This document shows, in pieces, positions 18,836 to 29,049 of a stretch of DNA of 64,000 nucleotides. The notes beneath the pieces were generated by a model, which was given only the letters and a program-made list of their open reading frames with translations, made no database searches and was not told where the DNA came from. The position numbers were made by a program, and so were the translations under genes. Each line of letters opens with the position of its first letter. Position 1 is the first letter of the stretch. The stretch is from Candidatus Omnitrophota bacterium (GTDB lineage: Bacteria; Omnitrophota; Gorgyraeia; Zapsychrales; Fredricksoniimonadaceae), in the NCBI GenBank assembly GCA_028865345.1, contig JAGWKL010000005.1, positions 21,577-85,576 of the forward strand, written 5' to 3'.

Positions 18836-19059
18836 CCCTCTCGCACGCCCCCAACTCTTTTAGCTCTTATCGCACCTTAAGGTGCTGATTTATACAAAAA
18901 GTATACGCGGATTTACAAATTATCATAACTACATATATTCCAATGTATTATATTCTTCTTGTAAATTGTTAAGATTTGACAAACATTAAATATATGTTAT
19001 CCTTTCAGCATTAACCATTTCTTAACGTGCCAGTGACTATAAATTCATTTAGGGGATAA
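18836..19059 (+). promoter_or_regulatory. AT-rich (about 30% GC) upstream region of the giant gene, with a palindrome GCACCTTAAGGTGC.
   Basis: Base composition differs sharply from the flanking sequence. The SD AGGGGA precedes the ATG at 19060. Confidence 0.4.
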
Positions 19060-22000
19060 TTGACCATGCTTAGAAAAATTTTGAGCCTGACCGTTATTTT
19101 CTGTTTTTTTCTCACAACTTTAACCCCCTATCCCAAAGCCCACGCAGATATAATGGCCGCCCTGCCGGCGCCCGGGACCATGGTCAATTTAAGCCCGGCT
19201 TACCAGCCTGTATTGATCAAGGGTTTGACCGTTCATAAAGACAATCCGTTCCTTTTTGATTTCATGGTGGATACCGGCAACAGCGGCATGACCGGCGCCC
19301 GGCTGAAGAAAGAAAGCGACCGCCTGGTCAAATACTTTTTCGCCTGCTTGACCATCCCCGAAAAAGATCTGTGGGTCAACCTTTCCCCATATGAAAAGAA
19401 CCGCATGATCCCCAGAGCCCTTGGTCAGACCGCGTTGGGACGCGATCTGTTGGCCGAAGATTATATCCTTAAACAGTTGACTGCTTCCCTAATATATCCC
19501 GAAAAAGACCTTGGCAGGACCTTCTGGAACAGGGTTTATGCAAAAGCCCGGCAGATGTACGGCACCACCCAGATCCCGGTGAATACCTTCAATAAGGTAT
19601 GGATCGTTGCTGATAAAGCTACTGTATATGAGCATGGCCAGACGGCGTTCGTGGTCAGGGGACACCTGAAGGTGATGCTTGAAAAAGATTATTTGGCCTT
19701 GAAGAAACATATGGCGGGTGCTGTTGAAGGCCGGGCGGGGTCTTCCCGGACCAATGACCTTGGCTCCCAGATTGTGCGCGAGATCGTCCTGCCCGAGATC
19801 GATAAAGAAGTGAACACGGGCAGGAATTTCGTTGCCCTGCGTCAGATATTTAATTCTCTTATCCTGGCCGCGTGGTACAAGAAGGAGCTCAAGCAGGCCT
19901 TGTTGAACCGGGTTTATGCCGATAAGAGCACCGTCAAAGGCATGAACCTGGCCGACCCTTCCGTCAAGGAAATGATCTATCAACGCTATCTGGAAGCGTA
20001 CAAGAAGGGTGTGTTCAATTATGTCAAGGAGTATACCCGGGCCGACGGCCAGGTGGTCCCCAGAAAATATTTTTCCGGCGGGTTTGTTTCAGATTTGAAA
20101 ATGACCGTAGACAAAGACCCTGCGGATGCGGCCCAGGCCGCCGAGCCGACGGGGAATATGGTGGACGTGTCCGTCGGGCTGAAGGTCAAAACCGGCGACC
20201 AGGCCATGACGCCCCAGACCAATGATTTCGATAATGCGTATGTCCTCTGGGACGAGCAGACCTCCCAGTTGGATGAACATACGGGCAAGGGCCTGGTCGG
20301 TGGAAAATCTTATCAGGCGGCCAGGTATTGGAAAGACGAACCGGCCAATAATCTGCGCAGTTTTTCCGCCACCGCCAAGGCTTCCATCGATTTTTTGAAT
20401 TCCAACCAGGATCTGCTTCCCGAGATATACCGTATCACCCGCGACCTTGATGCTTCCGATGAAACGGCCAGGGAAGAGGCCGGCGCCAGGATCCGAGCCT
20501 TGATCACGGGTACGCCCGTTCCTGCTGCCATTGAACAGGCCGTCCGCCAGGGCTACCGCAGATTGGTCAGCATCACGGACCAGCCGTTGGTGGCGGTGCG
20601 CAGCTCCGGGAAGGCGGAGGATATTTCCCTGAATGTCCCGGAACTGGCCGGGATCAATATGGGCGCCAATGCCGGGCAGCATGACACCTTCCTTGGGGAA
20701 ATGGGCGCAGATGCGGTCATTAAACGCTGGAGGGACTGTATCGCTTCGCTGTATACGGCCCGGGTCCTTGGCTACCGCGACAGCATGATGGTCTTCAGCG
20801 CCTTCGGCAAGATTCTGCCCAACAAACAATTGACCGCGGAGATCATTGCCAAGCTAAAGACAGGCAACGATGAGGACAGGCTTGTGGCCCGCGCCATTGA
20901 GGAAAAGAACATAGGGATCATCTCTTCTTTAAGATTATTGCATGCCTTGCAGCGCAACGGTTTTCAGGAAGCGGCGAAGCTGGTCAGTGAAGCGCGCGAG
21001 GATTTCATCAAGATCGCAAACATAGCCATGGGGGTCACGATCATGCCCATGGCCGGCGTTGACATTTCCTTCGTGGCCTTCGGGCATGACATGACCTCCT
21101 ACTGGACGGCGAAGGATTTCCAGGACGTTTCTCCCGAGGAATATCTTAATAAAGGCCGGGTGGTGACTGTCACCACCAATTACGGCCTGGGGGAATCTAT
21201 CGTGCAGGGGGCTGCCATGCCCGATACGTTTCTGGTGCACATTTTTAAAGATTCAAGCGGGGAACATGTCAATATCCTTTCCCGGACCCTGGGCACGAAA
21301 AGCGTGCAGACCGTATATGTCGCCCCTGTCATGGAGGCTCTCGGTCTCAACCATGCTTCGGTGAAACTGTTCCTGGAATTATTGGGGGCCGGGGATGTCA
21401 CGGCCTTCAGCGGCTTGGGCAACGCAAAGGATTATAACGAGATGCATCTTAAGAAGGGGGCCGATCTGGTCGTCATCAAAGACGTCCTGGAACGGTTGAT
21501 CAAAGAAAAGGTCGATGGGACATCCTCTGTGAAGATCACGGCCGATGAGCTGTCCCAATTCACGTATACCAGGGAAGAATTGGATAAACTGGCGCACCTT
21601 TTAAAGGCGTTCCAGAAGGACCCGGAGATCAAGACCATGTTCACGGACGTCCCGGAGGAGTTGCGCAACCAGTTTTCGGCCAGCGATGAGCAGGTCCGCA
21701 AGATCGCCCTGGAGTTCATGAAAAAGGCCAAAGATTTTCACGATCTCGTGGATATGGAAGGCGCCGTGGGCAAGAATTTCAGCCGGCTCAACGTCGCGGT
21801 GACGACCCAGCGCCGCCCCTCCAATGTGGACAAAGGCGACGTCAAGGAACCACGGATGATCAATATCCATTACACCTATGTGAAGGCCGGCGACGTCGAT
21901 AAGATCCGTGCCGGGAAGGAACGCATCACCAAGGCCGACGGACAGTTGACGAACATTGTGGTCGGTGAACAACTGGTCCAGGGCATCCCCACCCGCAACA

Positions 22001-25000
22001 GTTTTTCGGGGACGATTTACAAGATCGATGACTCCAAGGACCTGACGCCCCAATTTGAGGAGATCAAACGTCTGGCCGATGAAGGCCATAAGATCATTAT
22101 CCGTACCAATGAGACGACTCCGGACTATATCGATGTGTTGAAATATAAAAATGTGGTGGGGGTCATCGCCAATTCAGGCGGGGCGACCTCGCACGCGGCG
22201 GTCGTTTCCAGGGAGCTTGGTATCGCCACGGTGGTGGGCATTCAGAGCTGGCTGGACAGGCTGGCCGATACCCTGGGCCCGCAGAAGGCTATGGAGATCA
22301 AGGAATATCTCGATACGACCGGGAGCATTGTGACCGTGGACGCCAATGCCGGCGAAGAAACGGGTTTGGGTACCGTTTATGCAGGCCAGTTGCCCATCAG
22401 TACGCGCAACATCGAGATAGACATATCACGCCTTCCTTATATTTACACCAAGATCGGCTATATCATGGGCATGCCCCATCCGATGCTGGCCATGTCTAAA
22501 ATGTCTCAATATAAGGGATATTACGGGGTGGCGCTGATGCGCGGGGAGTTCGCTTACGCGGAGGAAGGCATCAATCCGCGGGCGGGGCGCGCCTATGATC
22601 TGATGCTGGTGGATGATTATTTGAAGACGTACAGGGACAACAATGCAGCCAAAGCTTATTATGAAAAATTGGGGCGGGCGGAAAGAGAAGCCCTCGACAC
22701 CTTCAGGACCCTTCTTGAACGAAGGGCGGATCTGCGCGCCCGGGGGCAGGACATTCCTTTGGATGAAACACAACGGTACATCGAGCAGTTCAAGAATAAG
22801 CGTCCGGGGGCTTTTTTAAAGAGCCTCTCCACCTACCAGCAGACGGACATTGAGCTGCTGAGGGAGCACAGCGAAGATGTGGGGAAATTGACCAAACAGA
22901 TCGTCGGGTATTTGTCGTACAATGAGTTTTTTGAAGCGGTGCACGGCGGGGCGGTGGCGACCATGGCCGCAGCCAACAGCCAGGAAAACGATACCGTCGT
23001 TTATCGCAGCATCGACTTCAAGAAAAACGAAGCGGCCGAACTGATCGGCTCCAAGATCTTTGACCCTATCCCCGAGCCCGCCACCATGATCGGTGAGCGC
23101 GGCGCCCGCTGGCTTTTAAAGCCGGAGAACAGGGTCATCCTTGTCGAAGAGATCCACATGCTCCTGCGGCAGGTCGACCGGGGTTATAAAAATATCGGTT
23201 TCATGTTCCCCTTTGTGTCTACTCCCCACGAGTTGGACCAGCTTTTGACCATATTGGATAATGAAGAAAGGAGTTTCAGTCTCCAGGAGAACAAACCTTT
23301 ATATTTAAGGGAAGTCGGACAAATGGTGGAACTGCCCAGCAACATCGTGGAGGCAGAACAGTTCATCCAGGTTCTCAAGAGGCACGAAGCCAGGACCAAA
23401 GCGTGGTTCAAGGAGAAGTTTTCCGTGGACATCAAGCGCAGCAGCTTTCTGTCCTTCGGGACCAATGACCTGACTCAGTTGACCCTCGGTGCGGACAGGG
23501 ACAATCCCAAAATGAGGCAATTGTTCAATGAGGCCAACCCCTTTGTCATCGAATCCATCCGCCACGTGGTCAATATGGCCAATAAATACGGGATCAAATG
23601 CGGGCTTTGCGGCCAGGCGCTGGTGAACCTGGTCAATGTGGACCCTGATGCGGCGGAGGAGATCCTCATGCTCCTCGGTTCCACGGGAGGGTATGCCGGG
23701 ACGGACTATCTGGGCACCCTGGCGGCCATCACCCGTTCCGCGAGCGCGACCCTGAAACACGGGGTGGTGGCGGATGAAGTGGCTGCCTCGGCGCAACCGA
23801 TCGCCCTGCACATTGAGTCCACCTTGGAGCACGGGGCGGCCGCCCGTCCTTTGTATCAGGTGACAACCCACGAGGATCTGGACAAAACCTATTTGGGTGA
23901 TTTTATCTTCGTCCATAACGGTATTTTGTCGGGTTTTGAAAAGGACGAGAAGTTAAAGCAGCAGCTTTCCCGTTTGGGGGCCATTATCTACAGCGATGAT
24001 AAACTGGCCGACGTGATCAAGACCGTCAGCAAGACCTTACGCGTGCCGGCCGTTAAGGTGGATGCAGGCGCCGACCGCCTCGCCGCTGTATCTAACGGAG
24101 ATAAAGTCACCATTGATTTCAACCGCCATGCCATTTACAGAGGCGCCCTGGAGGTTTCCATCGATGTGCCTGAAATAGCCAGCAAGATCGACGTCAACGC
24201 CAAACACCATCCGGAATTAAAGCGCATCGACTTTAACGAGACCTTCCGCGCTTCGGACTTGTACAAAAGCCTGGGCATCTATCCGACGGCTTTCCTGGCC
24301 TTTGATGACCCGAAAAAGCAAGGTGAGCTCGACCCTGAGACCATCGCCGAGATCAGGCATTTGATGCGCGAAACGCAGAGTTCTTCGGCCGTAGGAGTCC
24401 TGCGCCATGAGATCCAAAAGAGGATCACCTCTCAAATGGTCCAGCCTGATGCCAGAATGGTTTATGAGACCATGGACCTGCAGAGTGATGATCAGATCAA
24501 GCTGCTGGGCCATAAAGCCATGGGCGCCGTGGAAGAGGTCAACCCGCCCTTAGGGTTCAACGGCCTGGAAGCTTTGATGGACGACCCTCAATTGAGGGAA
24601 CTCTTCAAGGTCGAGATGTCCACCGTCAAGGGGCTGATCGACAAGGGGTATAATATTTCTATTCAATTCAACGGCATCAAGACCCCCAAGAGCCTGCAGG
24701 AGGCCATGGCGATCCTAAAGGAGATCGGCATTGATCCCTCCAAGGTCAAGGTGGGCATGAATACAGCCTGGCCCGGCAATTATCTTTTCCTGCAGGAATA
24801 CCTGGCCCAGGGGCTTTCCTTTGTGACCGTGGATGAAAGGAAGTTGGCCCAAGCGTATCTGGCGGCCGATCTTTATAAGAACGAAAGGGTCCGCGATACT
24901 TATGCATGGAACAATATCAAGGCGGACATGAATTATCCCGAAAGGATGATCGAACAGGCCGTTGCTGATTATTCCGCCAGAAAGCACGATGTCTTCATCC

Positions 25001-25317
25001 GGACCATCCCCTTTGATTCTGCCATGACAGCGCCCCCTGAAATGCCTGTTGCCGCCGTGAGGACGCAAGCGGCCGTCCCGCCGGGCGGTATCGACTTAAA
25101 TACCGCCAACATGGCCATGACGGTGACCAAAGACGCCGACGGCGGAGTAAAGGTGCTTACGCAGTCGAAACAATTGGGCCTTTTGATCGCGCGCATCAAG
25201 ACCAGGGGGGTATTCTCGGCGGACCCTGTCATTATCCGTATCACGCCCATAAGCCGCGCGCAGATATCGCCTTTGTTGGGCTTGCGGGTGTCACCGGCCC
25301 GGTCGGCCCAGGTTTAA
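19060..25317 (+). CDS. Giant (2085 aa) signal-peptide or anchor protein with PEP-utilising-enzyme domains (PPDK/PEPS-like).
   Basis: N-terminal hydrophobic signal. Nucleotide-binding motif VAVRSSGKAEDISLNVPELAG. Phospho-His swivel GGATSHAAVVSRELGIATVVG. TIM-barrel motif FLSFGTNDLTQLTLGADRDN. About 450 aa N-terminal and about 550 aa C-terminal have no clear assignment. Confidence 0.75.
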   Translation: MTMLRKILSLTVIFCFFLTTLTPYPKAHADIMAALPAPGTMVNLSPAYQPVLIKGLTVHKDNPFLFDFMVDTGNSGMTGARLKKESDRLVKYFFACLTIPEKDLWVNLSPYEKNRMIPRALGQTALGRDLLAEDYILKQLTASLIYPEKDLGRTFWNRVYAKARQMYGTTQIPVNTFNKVWIVADKATVYEHGQTAFVVRGHLKVMLEKDYLALKKHMAGAVEGRAGSSRTNDLGSQIVREIVLPEIDKEVNTGRNFVALRQIFNSLILAAWYKKELKQALLNRVYADKSTVKGMNLADPSVKEMIYQRYLEAYKKGVFNYVKEYTRADGQVVPRKYFSGGFVSDLKMTVDKDPADAAQAAEPTGNMVDVSVGLKVKTGDQAMTPQTNDFDNAYVLWDEQTSQLDEHTGKGLVGGKSYQAARYWKDEPANNLRSFSATAKASIDFLNSNQDLLPEIYRITRDLDASDETAREEAGARIRALITGTPVPAAIEQAVRQGYRRLVSITDQPLVAVRSSGKAEDISLNVPELAGINMGANAGQHDTFLGEMGADAVIKRWRDCIASLYTARVLGYRDSMMVFSAFGKILPNKQLTAEIIAKLKTGNDEDRLVARAIEEKNIGIISSLRLLHALQRNGFQEAAKLVSEAREDFIKIANIAMGVTIMPMAGVDISFVAFGHDMTSYWTAKDFQDVSPEEYLNKGRVVTVTTNYGLGESIVQGAAMPDTFLVHIFKDSSGEHVNILSRTLGTKSVQTVYVAPVMEALGLNHASVKLFLELLGAGDVTAFSGLGNAKDYNEMHLKKGADLVVIKDVLERLIKEKVDGTSSVKITADELSQFTYTREELDKLAHLLKAFQKDPEIKTMFTDVPEELRNQFSASDEQVRKIALEFMKKAKDFHDLVDMEGAVGKNFSRLNVAVTTQRRPSNVDKGDVKEPRMINIHYTYVKAGDVDKIRAGKERITKADGQLTNIVVGEQLVQGIPTRNSFSGTIYKIDDSKDLTPQFEEIKRLADEGHKIIIRTNETTPDYIDVLKYKNVVGVIANSGGATSHAAVVSRELGIATVVGIQSWLDRLADTLGPQKAMEIKEYLDTTGSIVTVDANAGEETGLGTVYAGQLPISTRNIEIDISRLPYIYTKIGYIMGMPHPMLAMSKMSQYKGYYGVALMRGEFAYAEEGINPRAGRAYDLMLVDDYLKTYRDNNAAKAYYEKLGRAEREALDTFRTLLERRADLRARGQDIPLDETQRYIEQFKNKRPGAFLKSLSTYQQTDIELLREHSEDVGKLTKQIVGYLSYNEFFEAVHGGAVATMAAANSQENDTVVYRSIDFKKNEAAELIGSKIFDPIPEPATMIGERGARWLLKPENRVILVEEIHMLLRQVDRGYKNIGFMFPFVSTPHELDQLLTILDNEERSFSLQENKPLYLREVGQMVELPSNIVEAEQFIQVLKRHEARTKAWFKEKFSVDIKRSSFLSFGTNDLTQLTLGADRDNPKMRQLFNEANPFVIESIRHVVNMANKYGIKCGLCGQALVNLVNVDPDAAEEILMLLGSTGGYAGTDYLGTLAAITRSASATLKHGVVADEVAASAQPIALHIESTLEHGAAARPLYQVTTHEDLDKTYLGDFIFVHNGILSGFEKDEKLKQQLSRLGAIIYSDDKLADVIKTVSKTLRVPAVKVDAGADRLAAVSNGDKVTIDFNRHAIYRGALEVSIDVPEIASKIDVNAKHHPELKRIDFNETFRASDLYKSLGIYPTAFLAFDDPKKQGELDPETIAEIRHLMRETQSSSAVGVLRHEIQKRITSQMVQPDARMVYETMDLQSDDQIKLLGHKAMGAVEEVNPPLGFNGLEALMDDPQLRELFKVEMSTVKGLIDKGYNISIQFNGIKTPKSLQEAMAILKEIGIDPSKVKVGMNTAWPGNYLFLQEYLAQGLSFVTVDERKLAQAYLAADLYKNERVRDTYAWNNIKADMNYPERMIEQAVADYSARKHDVFIRTIPFDSAMTAPPEMPVAAVRTQAAVPPGGIDLNTANMAMTVTKDADGGVKVLTQSKQLGLLIARIKTRGVFSADPVIIRITPISRAQISPLLGLRVSPARSAQV

Positions 25318-25442
25318 TTTTCTCTCCAGGCGATATTCAGCAATGTTAGCTCTTGCCAAAATGCCCCAATCGTGCTATTCTAAATACGTCAAAAAGTGAA
25401 GTATATAAGCCTTAAAAAGGTTACTGTCAAGGAGTGTTTTAA

Positions 25443-26036
25443 ATGGAAATTAAAACCATGATCCAGAGCACACCCAACCCCAACGCGCTCAAATTCGTAT
25501 TGAATGTACCTGTTAAAACCACCGGCAAGGTCACCTATAAAAATGCCGCCCAATGCGCGCATAATCCGATGGCGGCGGGCTTGTTTACCATCCCCAATAT
25601 CACGGAAGTTTATTTTTTTGACAATTATGTCACCGTGACCCAGGACGGCAGGGTTGATTGGGAAGAAATTGAAGAGCAGATCAAGAAGATCATCCTGGAA
25701 TACGCGCCGGACCACAACCCGGATTTTGAGGTCCAAGAGGAGAAAAAACCTTCGGCGCCTGTTTCCGACAATCCTGAGATCGCCAAGATCAACGCGATTT
25801 TGGACAATACCATCCGCCCCGGGCTTCAAATGGACGGCGGGGACCTTCAGATCGTGAGCTTCGAGGGGACCAATTTGATCGTGAATTACCAGGGGGCGTG
25901 CGGTTCGTGTCCCAGTTCCACCATGGGAACGCTTAAAGTGATCGAGAGCATTTTGCGCGATCAATATAATCCTGAGATCACGGTGCAAACCGAAGGTGGA
26001 ATGATAGGAGGGGACGCCCATGGAGAGCCTTATTAA
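25443..26036 (+). CDS. nfuA: Fe-S cluster assembly scaffold, Nfu type (Nfu_N domain plus NifU-like CxxC domain).
   Basis: C-terminal GACGSCPSSTMGTLK motif. The N-terminal Nfu_N fold precedes it. Confidence 0.75.
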   Translation: MEIKTMIQSTPNPNALKFVLNVPVKTTGKVTYKNAAQCAHNPMAAGLFTIPNITEVYFFDNYVTVTQDGRVDWEEIEEQIKKIILEYAPDHNPDFEVQEEKKPSAPVSDNPEIAKINAILDNTIRPGLQMDGGDLQIVSFEGTNLIVNYQGACGSCPSSTMGTLKVIESILRDQYNPEITVQTEGGMIGGDAHGEPY

Positions 26037-26367
26037 TAAAAAATGCACGCCTTGCGAAGGCGCCGGCAGGGCCTTTACCGCGGATGAGGTCAAGGATCGT
26101 TTGCCGGAAATTCCCGGCTGGAGCATGGGATTTGACGGCAAAACCATCGAACGCGCAATGACGCTCAAGAATTTCATTGCCTGTGTCAATTTTATCAATA
26201 AAATCAAAGACATCGCCGAAGATGAAATGCACCATCCGGATTTGCATTTGACGGGGTATAAGAATTTGAAAGTGGTTTTATATACGCATGCGCTTGGCGG
26301 AGTTACCGAGAATGACTTGATCGTGGCCGCCAAGATCAACCAACAATTGATGGGGAGTCATGTTTAA
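26020..26367 (+). CDS. phhB: Pterin-4a-carbinolamine dehydratase (PCD/DCoH).
   Basis: Signature EMHHPDLHLTGYKNLKVVLYTHALGG. It overlaps nfu by 17 nt and the rrf2 gene by 8 nt. Confidence 0.7.
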   Translation: MESLINKKCTPCEGAGRAFTADEVKDRLPEIPGWSMGFDGKTIERAMTLKNFIACVNFINKIKDIAEDEMHHPDLHLTGYKNLKVVLYTHALGGVTENDLIVAAKINQQLMGSHV

Positions 26368-26818
26368 GATCAACCGTAAACTGGAATATGCGTTGATTTC
26401 CCTTAAGGCAATGAGCGCCAAATCACCGGGCCAGCTCACCTCAGCCAAGGAAATTTGCGATATTTACCGTACCCCCTTTGACCCCACGTCGCGCGTGCTG
26501 CAGATCATGGCCCAGCATGAGATCGTGCGTGCCGAACAGGGCGCGCACGGAGGGTACCAGATTATGAAAGATTTGGGCAAAATCACCCTTTATGACCTGA
26601 CCCAGATCATCGAAGGGCCGATCCAGATCGTTAATTGTTTTCACGGCAACTATTCGCATTGCGACATGACGTCCCAATGCAATGTCATCTCGCCCATGCT
26701 GAATTTGAATGAACGGATCGCGGAAATGTTCAAGACCATCAATGTGTACCAGCTCATCTCTTCGCGCAACCAGGGCGAGAAAATGATACGTTCCAAACCT
26801 TTTATGCAGGAGGCTTGA
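26360..26818 (+). CDS. Rrf2-family transcriptional regulator (IscR/SufR-like).
   Basis: N-terminal wHTH ([10 protein letters not shown]) and three clustered Cys (C-x-H...C-x5-C) for Fe-S sensing. Confidence 0.75.
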   Translation: MFKINRKLEYALISLKAMSAKSPGQLTSAKEICDIYRTPFDPTSRVLQIMAQHEIVRAEQGAHGGYQIMKDLGKITLYDLTQIIEGPIQIVNCFHGNYSHCDMTSQCNVISPMLNLNERIAEMFKTINVYQLISSRNQGEKMIRSKPFMQEA

Positions 26819-26835
26819 GCGCCCGAGGAATACAT

Positions 26836-28293
26836 ATGTCGGAAACCATCAAACAAAAAGAACTTCAAGATAATAAGCTGGCCGGAGACTACCGGTACGG
26901 GTTCCATACGGTCATCGAAGAGGACAAGGCACCCAAAGGCCTGAATGAGGACATCGTATGCTTGATTTCCGCCAAAAAAAAGGAGCCTGAGTGGATGCTG
27001 GAATGGCGTCTGAAAGCCTTCCGCCATTGGCGACAGATGCAGGAGCCTGCCTGGCCCAATTTTGAGTACGGCCCCATTGATTATCAGGACATTTATTATT
27101 ATTCCGCGCCCAAGCAGAAGAAGGAAAATCCTAAAAATTTGGCCGAGGTGGATGAGGAACTGCTGAAGACCTTTGACCGCCTGGGCATACCTTTGACGGA
27201 GCAGAAACGCCTGACAGGGGTGGCGGTGGACGCAGTTTTCGACAGCATTTCCGTGGGGACGACCCACCAAGGCGAGTTGGCCAAGCACGGTATTATTTTC
27301 TGTTCCATGTCCGAAGCGGTGGCGCACCATCCACAGCTTGTCAGAAAATATTTGGGTTCGGTCGTGCCTTATACCGACAATTTCTTTGCTTCCCTGAACT
27401 CTGCGGTTTTCTCCGATGGTTCTTTTTGTTATATCCCCAGGGGCGTGCGCTGCCCATTGGAGTTGTCCACGTACTTTCGCATCAATGCCGAAGATACCGG
27501 CCAGTTTGAGCGCACGCTGATCGTCGCTGAAGACAGCAGTTATGTCAGCTACCTGGAGGGCTGCACCGCACCGATGCGCGACACCAACCAGTTGCACGCG
27601 GCAGTCGTGGAGTTGGTGGCGCTGGACAATGCCGAGATCAAATATTCGACCGTGCAGAACTGGTATTCCGGGGACAAGGAAGGCCGCGGCGGCATCTATA
27701 ACTTTGTCACCAAGCGCGGGGCCTGCAGGGGAGTCAATTCCAAAATTTCCTGGACGCAGGTGGAGGCCGGCAGCGCCATCACCTGGAAATATCCCAGCGT
27801 CATTTTACAGGGGAACAATTCCGTGGGAAAATTTTATTCCGTGGCCCTGACCAATAATCATATGTCCGCGGACACGGGCACCAAGATGGTTCATATCGGA
27901 AAGAACACCAAAAGCACCATTGTCTCTAAAGGCATCTCTTCGGATTTTGCGCATAACAGTTACCGCGGCTTGGTCAAGATCATGCCGACGGCCGATGGGG
28001 CCCGTAATTTCTCCCAATGCGATTCCATGCTGGTGGGGAACCATTGTTCAGCCAATACTTTTCCTTATATTGAGGTCAAAAATAATACCGCTGTCCTGGA
28101 GCACGAAGCCTCCACCTCCAAGATCAACGCCGAACAGATGTTCTATCTGCGTTCGCGCGGCCTGGACCTGGAAGAGTCGGTGTCTCTGATTATCAACGGA
28201 TTCTGCAAGGACGTATTTAAAGAACTGCCCCTGGAATTCTCCGTCGAGGCAGTCAAACTGCTGGAAATGAAGCTGGAAGGGAGTGTCGGGTAA
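26836..28293 (+). CDS. sufB: Fe-S cluster assembly protein SufB.
   Basis: Full-length SufB similarity. SD GAGGAA. The ORF track's 26815 start is a few codons too long. Confidence 0.92.
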   Translation: MSETIKQKELQDNKLAGDYRYGFHTVIEEDKAPKGLNEDIVCLISAKKKEPEWMLEWRLKAFRHWRQMQEPAWPNFEYGPIDYQDIYYYSAPKQKKENPKNLAEVDEELLKTFDRLGIPLTEQKRLTGVAVDAVFDSISVGTTHQGELAKHGIIFCSMSEAVAHHPQLVRKYLGSVVPYTDNFFASLNSAVFSDGSFCYIPRGVRCPLELSTYFRINAEDTGQFERTLIVAEDSSYVSYLEGCTAPMRDTNQLHAAVVELVALDNAEIKYSTVQNWYSGDKEGRGGIYNFVTKRGACRGVNSKISWTQVEAGSAITWKYPSVILQGNNSVGKFYSVALTNNHMSADTGTKMVHIGKNTKSTIVSKGISSDFAHNSYRGLVKIMPTADGARNFSQCDSMLVGNHCSANTFPYIEVKNNTAVLEHEASTSKINAEQMFYLRSRGLDLEESVSLIINGFCKDVFKELPLEFSVEAVKLLEMKLEGSVG

Positions 28294-29048
28294 TGCTGGA
28301 AATCAAGGATCTGCACGCCGGTATCGAAGGCAAAGAAATTTTGAAAGGAATATCCCTCACCGTCAATGCCGGCGAGGTGCACGCGATCATGGGGCCTAAC
28401 GGCTCGGGCAAGAGCACCTTGTCCAAGGTGCTGGCCGGGCATCCGCAGTATGAGGTCACGGGCGGTTCCATCGCCTATGAGGCCAATTTCAAAAAGCTCG
28501 AGCTGACGGGCATGGAACCCGACCAGCGCGCCCGGGAAGGCATCTTTCTGGCATTTCAATACCCGGTCGAAATTCCCGGCGTTTCCAGTTCCGTGTTTTT
28601 ACGCGCGGCGTTCAATGCCATTTGCCGCCACCAGGGCGCCGAAGAAATGGACCCCATAGATTTCGACAAATATGTCCGTGAAAAAATGAAATTGCTTCAG
28701 ATGGATGATAAGTTTCTCGACCGTCCGGTCAATGTGGATTTCTCCGGAGGAGAAAAGAAACGCAACGAAATCCTGCAGATGGCCGTCTTGAACCCGCGCT
28801 TGGCCGTCCTGGATGAGACCGACTCCGGCCTGGACATCGATTCCATGAAAATCGTGGCCGAAGGCGTCAATAAACTGCGTCGCAAGGACAATGCCGTTAT
28901 TGTGATCACCCATTATCAACGCCTGCTTAATTATATCCAGCCTGATTTTGTCCATATCCTTTATGACGGTAAGATCGTCAGGTCCGAGGGCAGGGAATTG
29001 GCCCTGGAAGTCGAGAACCGCGGTTATGACTGGCTGATTAAAAGGTGA
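28293..29048 (+). CDS. sufC: Fe-S cluster assembly ATPase SufC.
   Basis: ABC ATPase with Walker A GPNGSGKST and signature FSGGEKKR. Confidence 0.93.
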   Translation: MLEIKDLHAGIEGKEILKGISLTVNAGEVHAIMGPNGSGKSTLSKVLAGHPQYEVTGGSIAYEANFKKLELTGMEPDQRAREGIFLAFQYPVEIPGVSSSVFLRAAFNAICRHQGAEEMDPIDFDKYVREKMKLLQMDDKFLDRPVNVDFSGGEKKRNEILQMAVLNPRLAVLDETDSGLDIDSMKIVAEGVNKLRRKDNAVIVITHYQRLLNYIQPDFVHILYDGKIVRSEGRELALEVENRGYDWLIKR

Positions 29049-29049
29049 T

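Noticed and set aside
19060-25317. The 2085-aa ORF could be an artefactual fusion of several genes by frameshift or assembly error.
   Set aside because: The frame is continuous with no internal stops. Codon usage is uniform. The order of nucleotide-binding, His-swivel and TIM-barrel parts matches a genuine single PEPS/PPDK-type polypeptide. I treat it as real but flag verification by reads.
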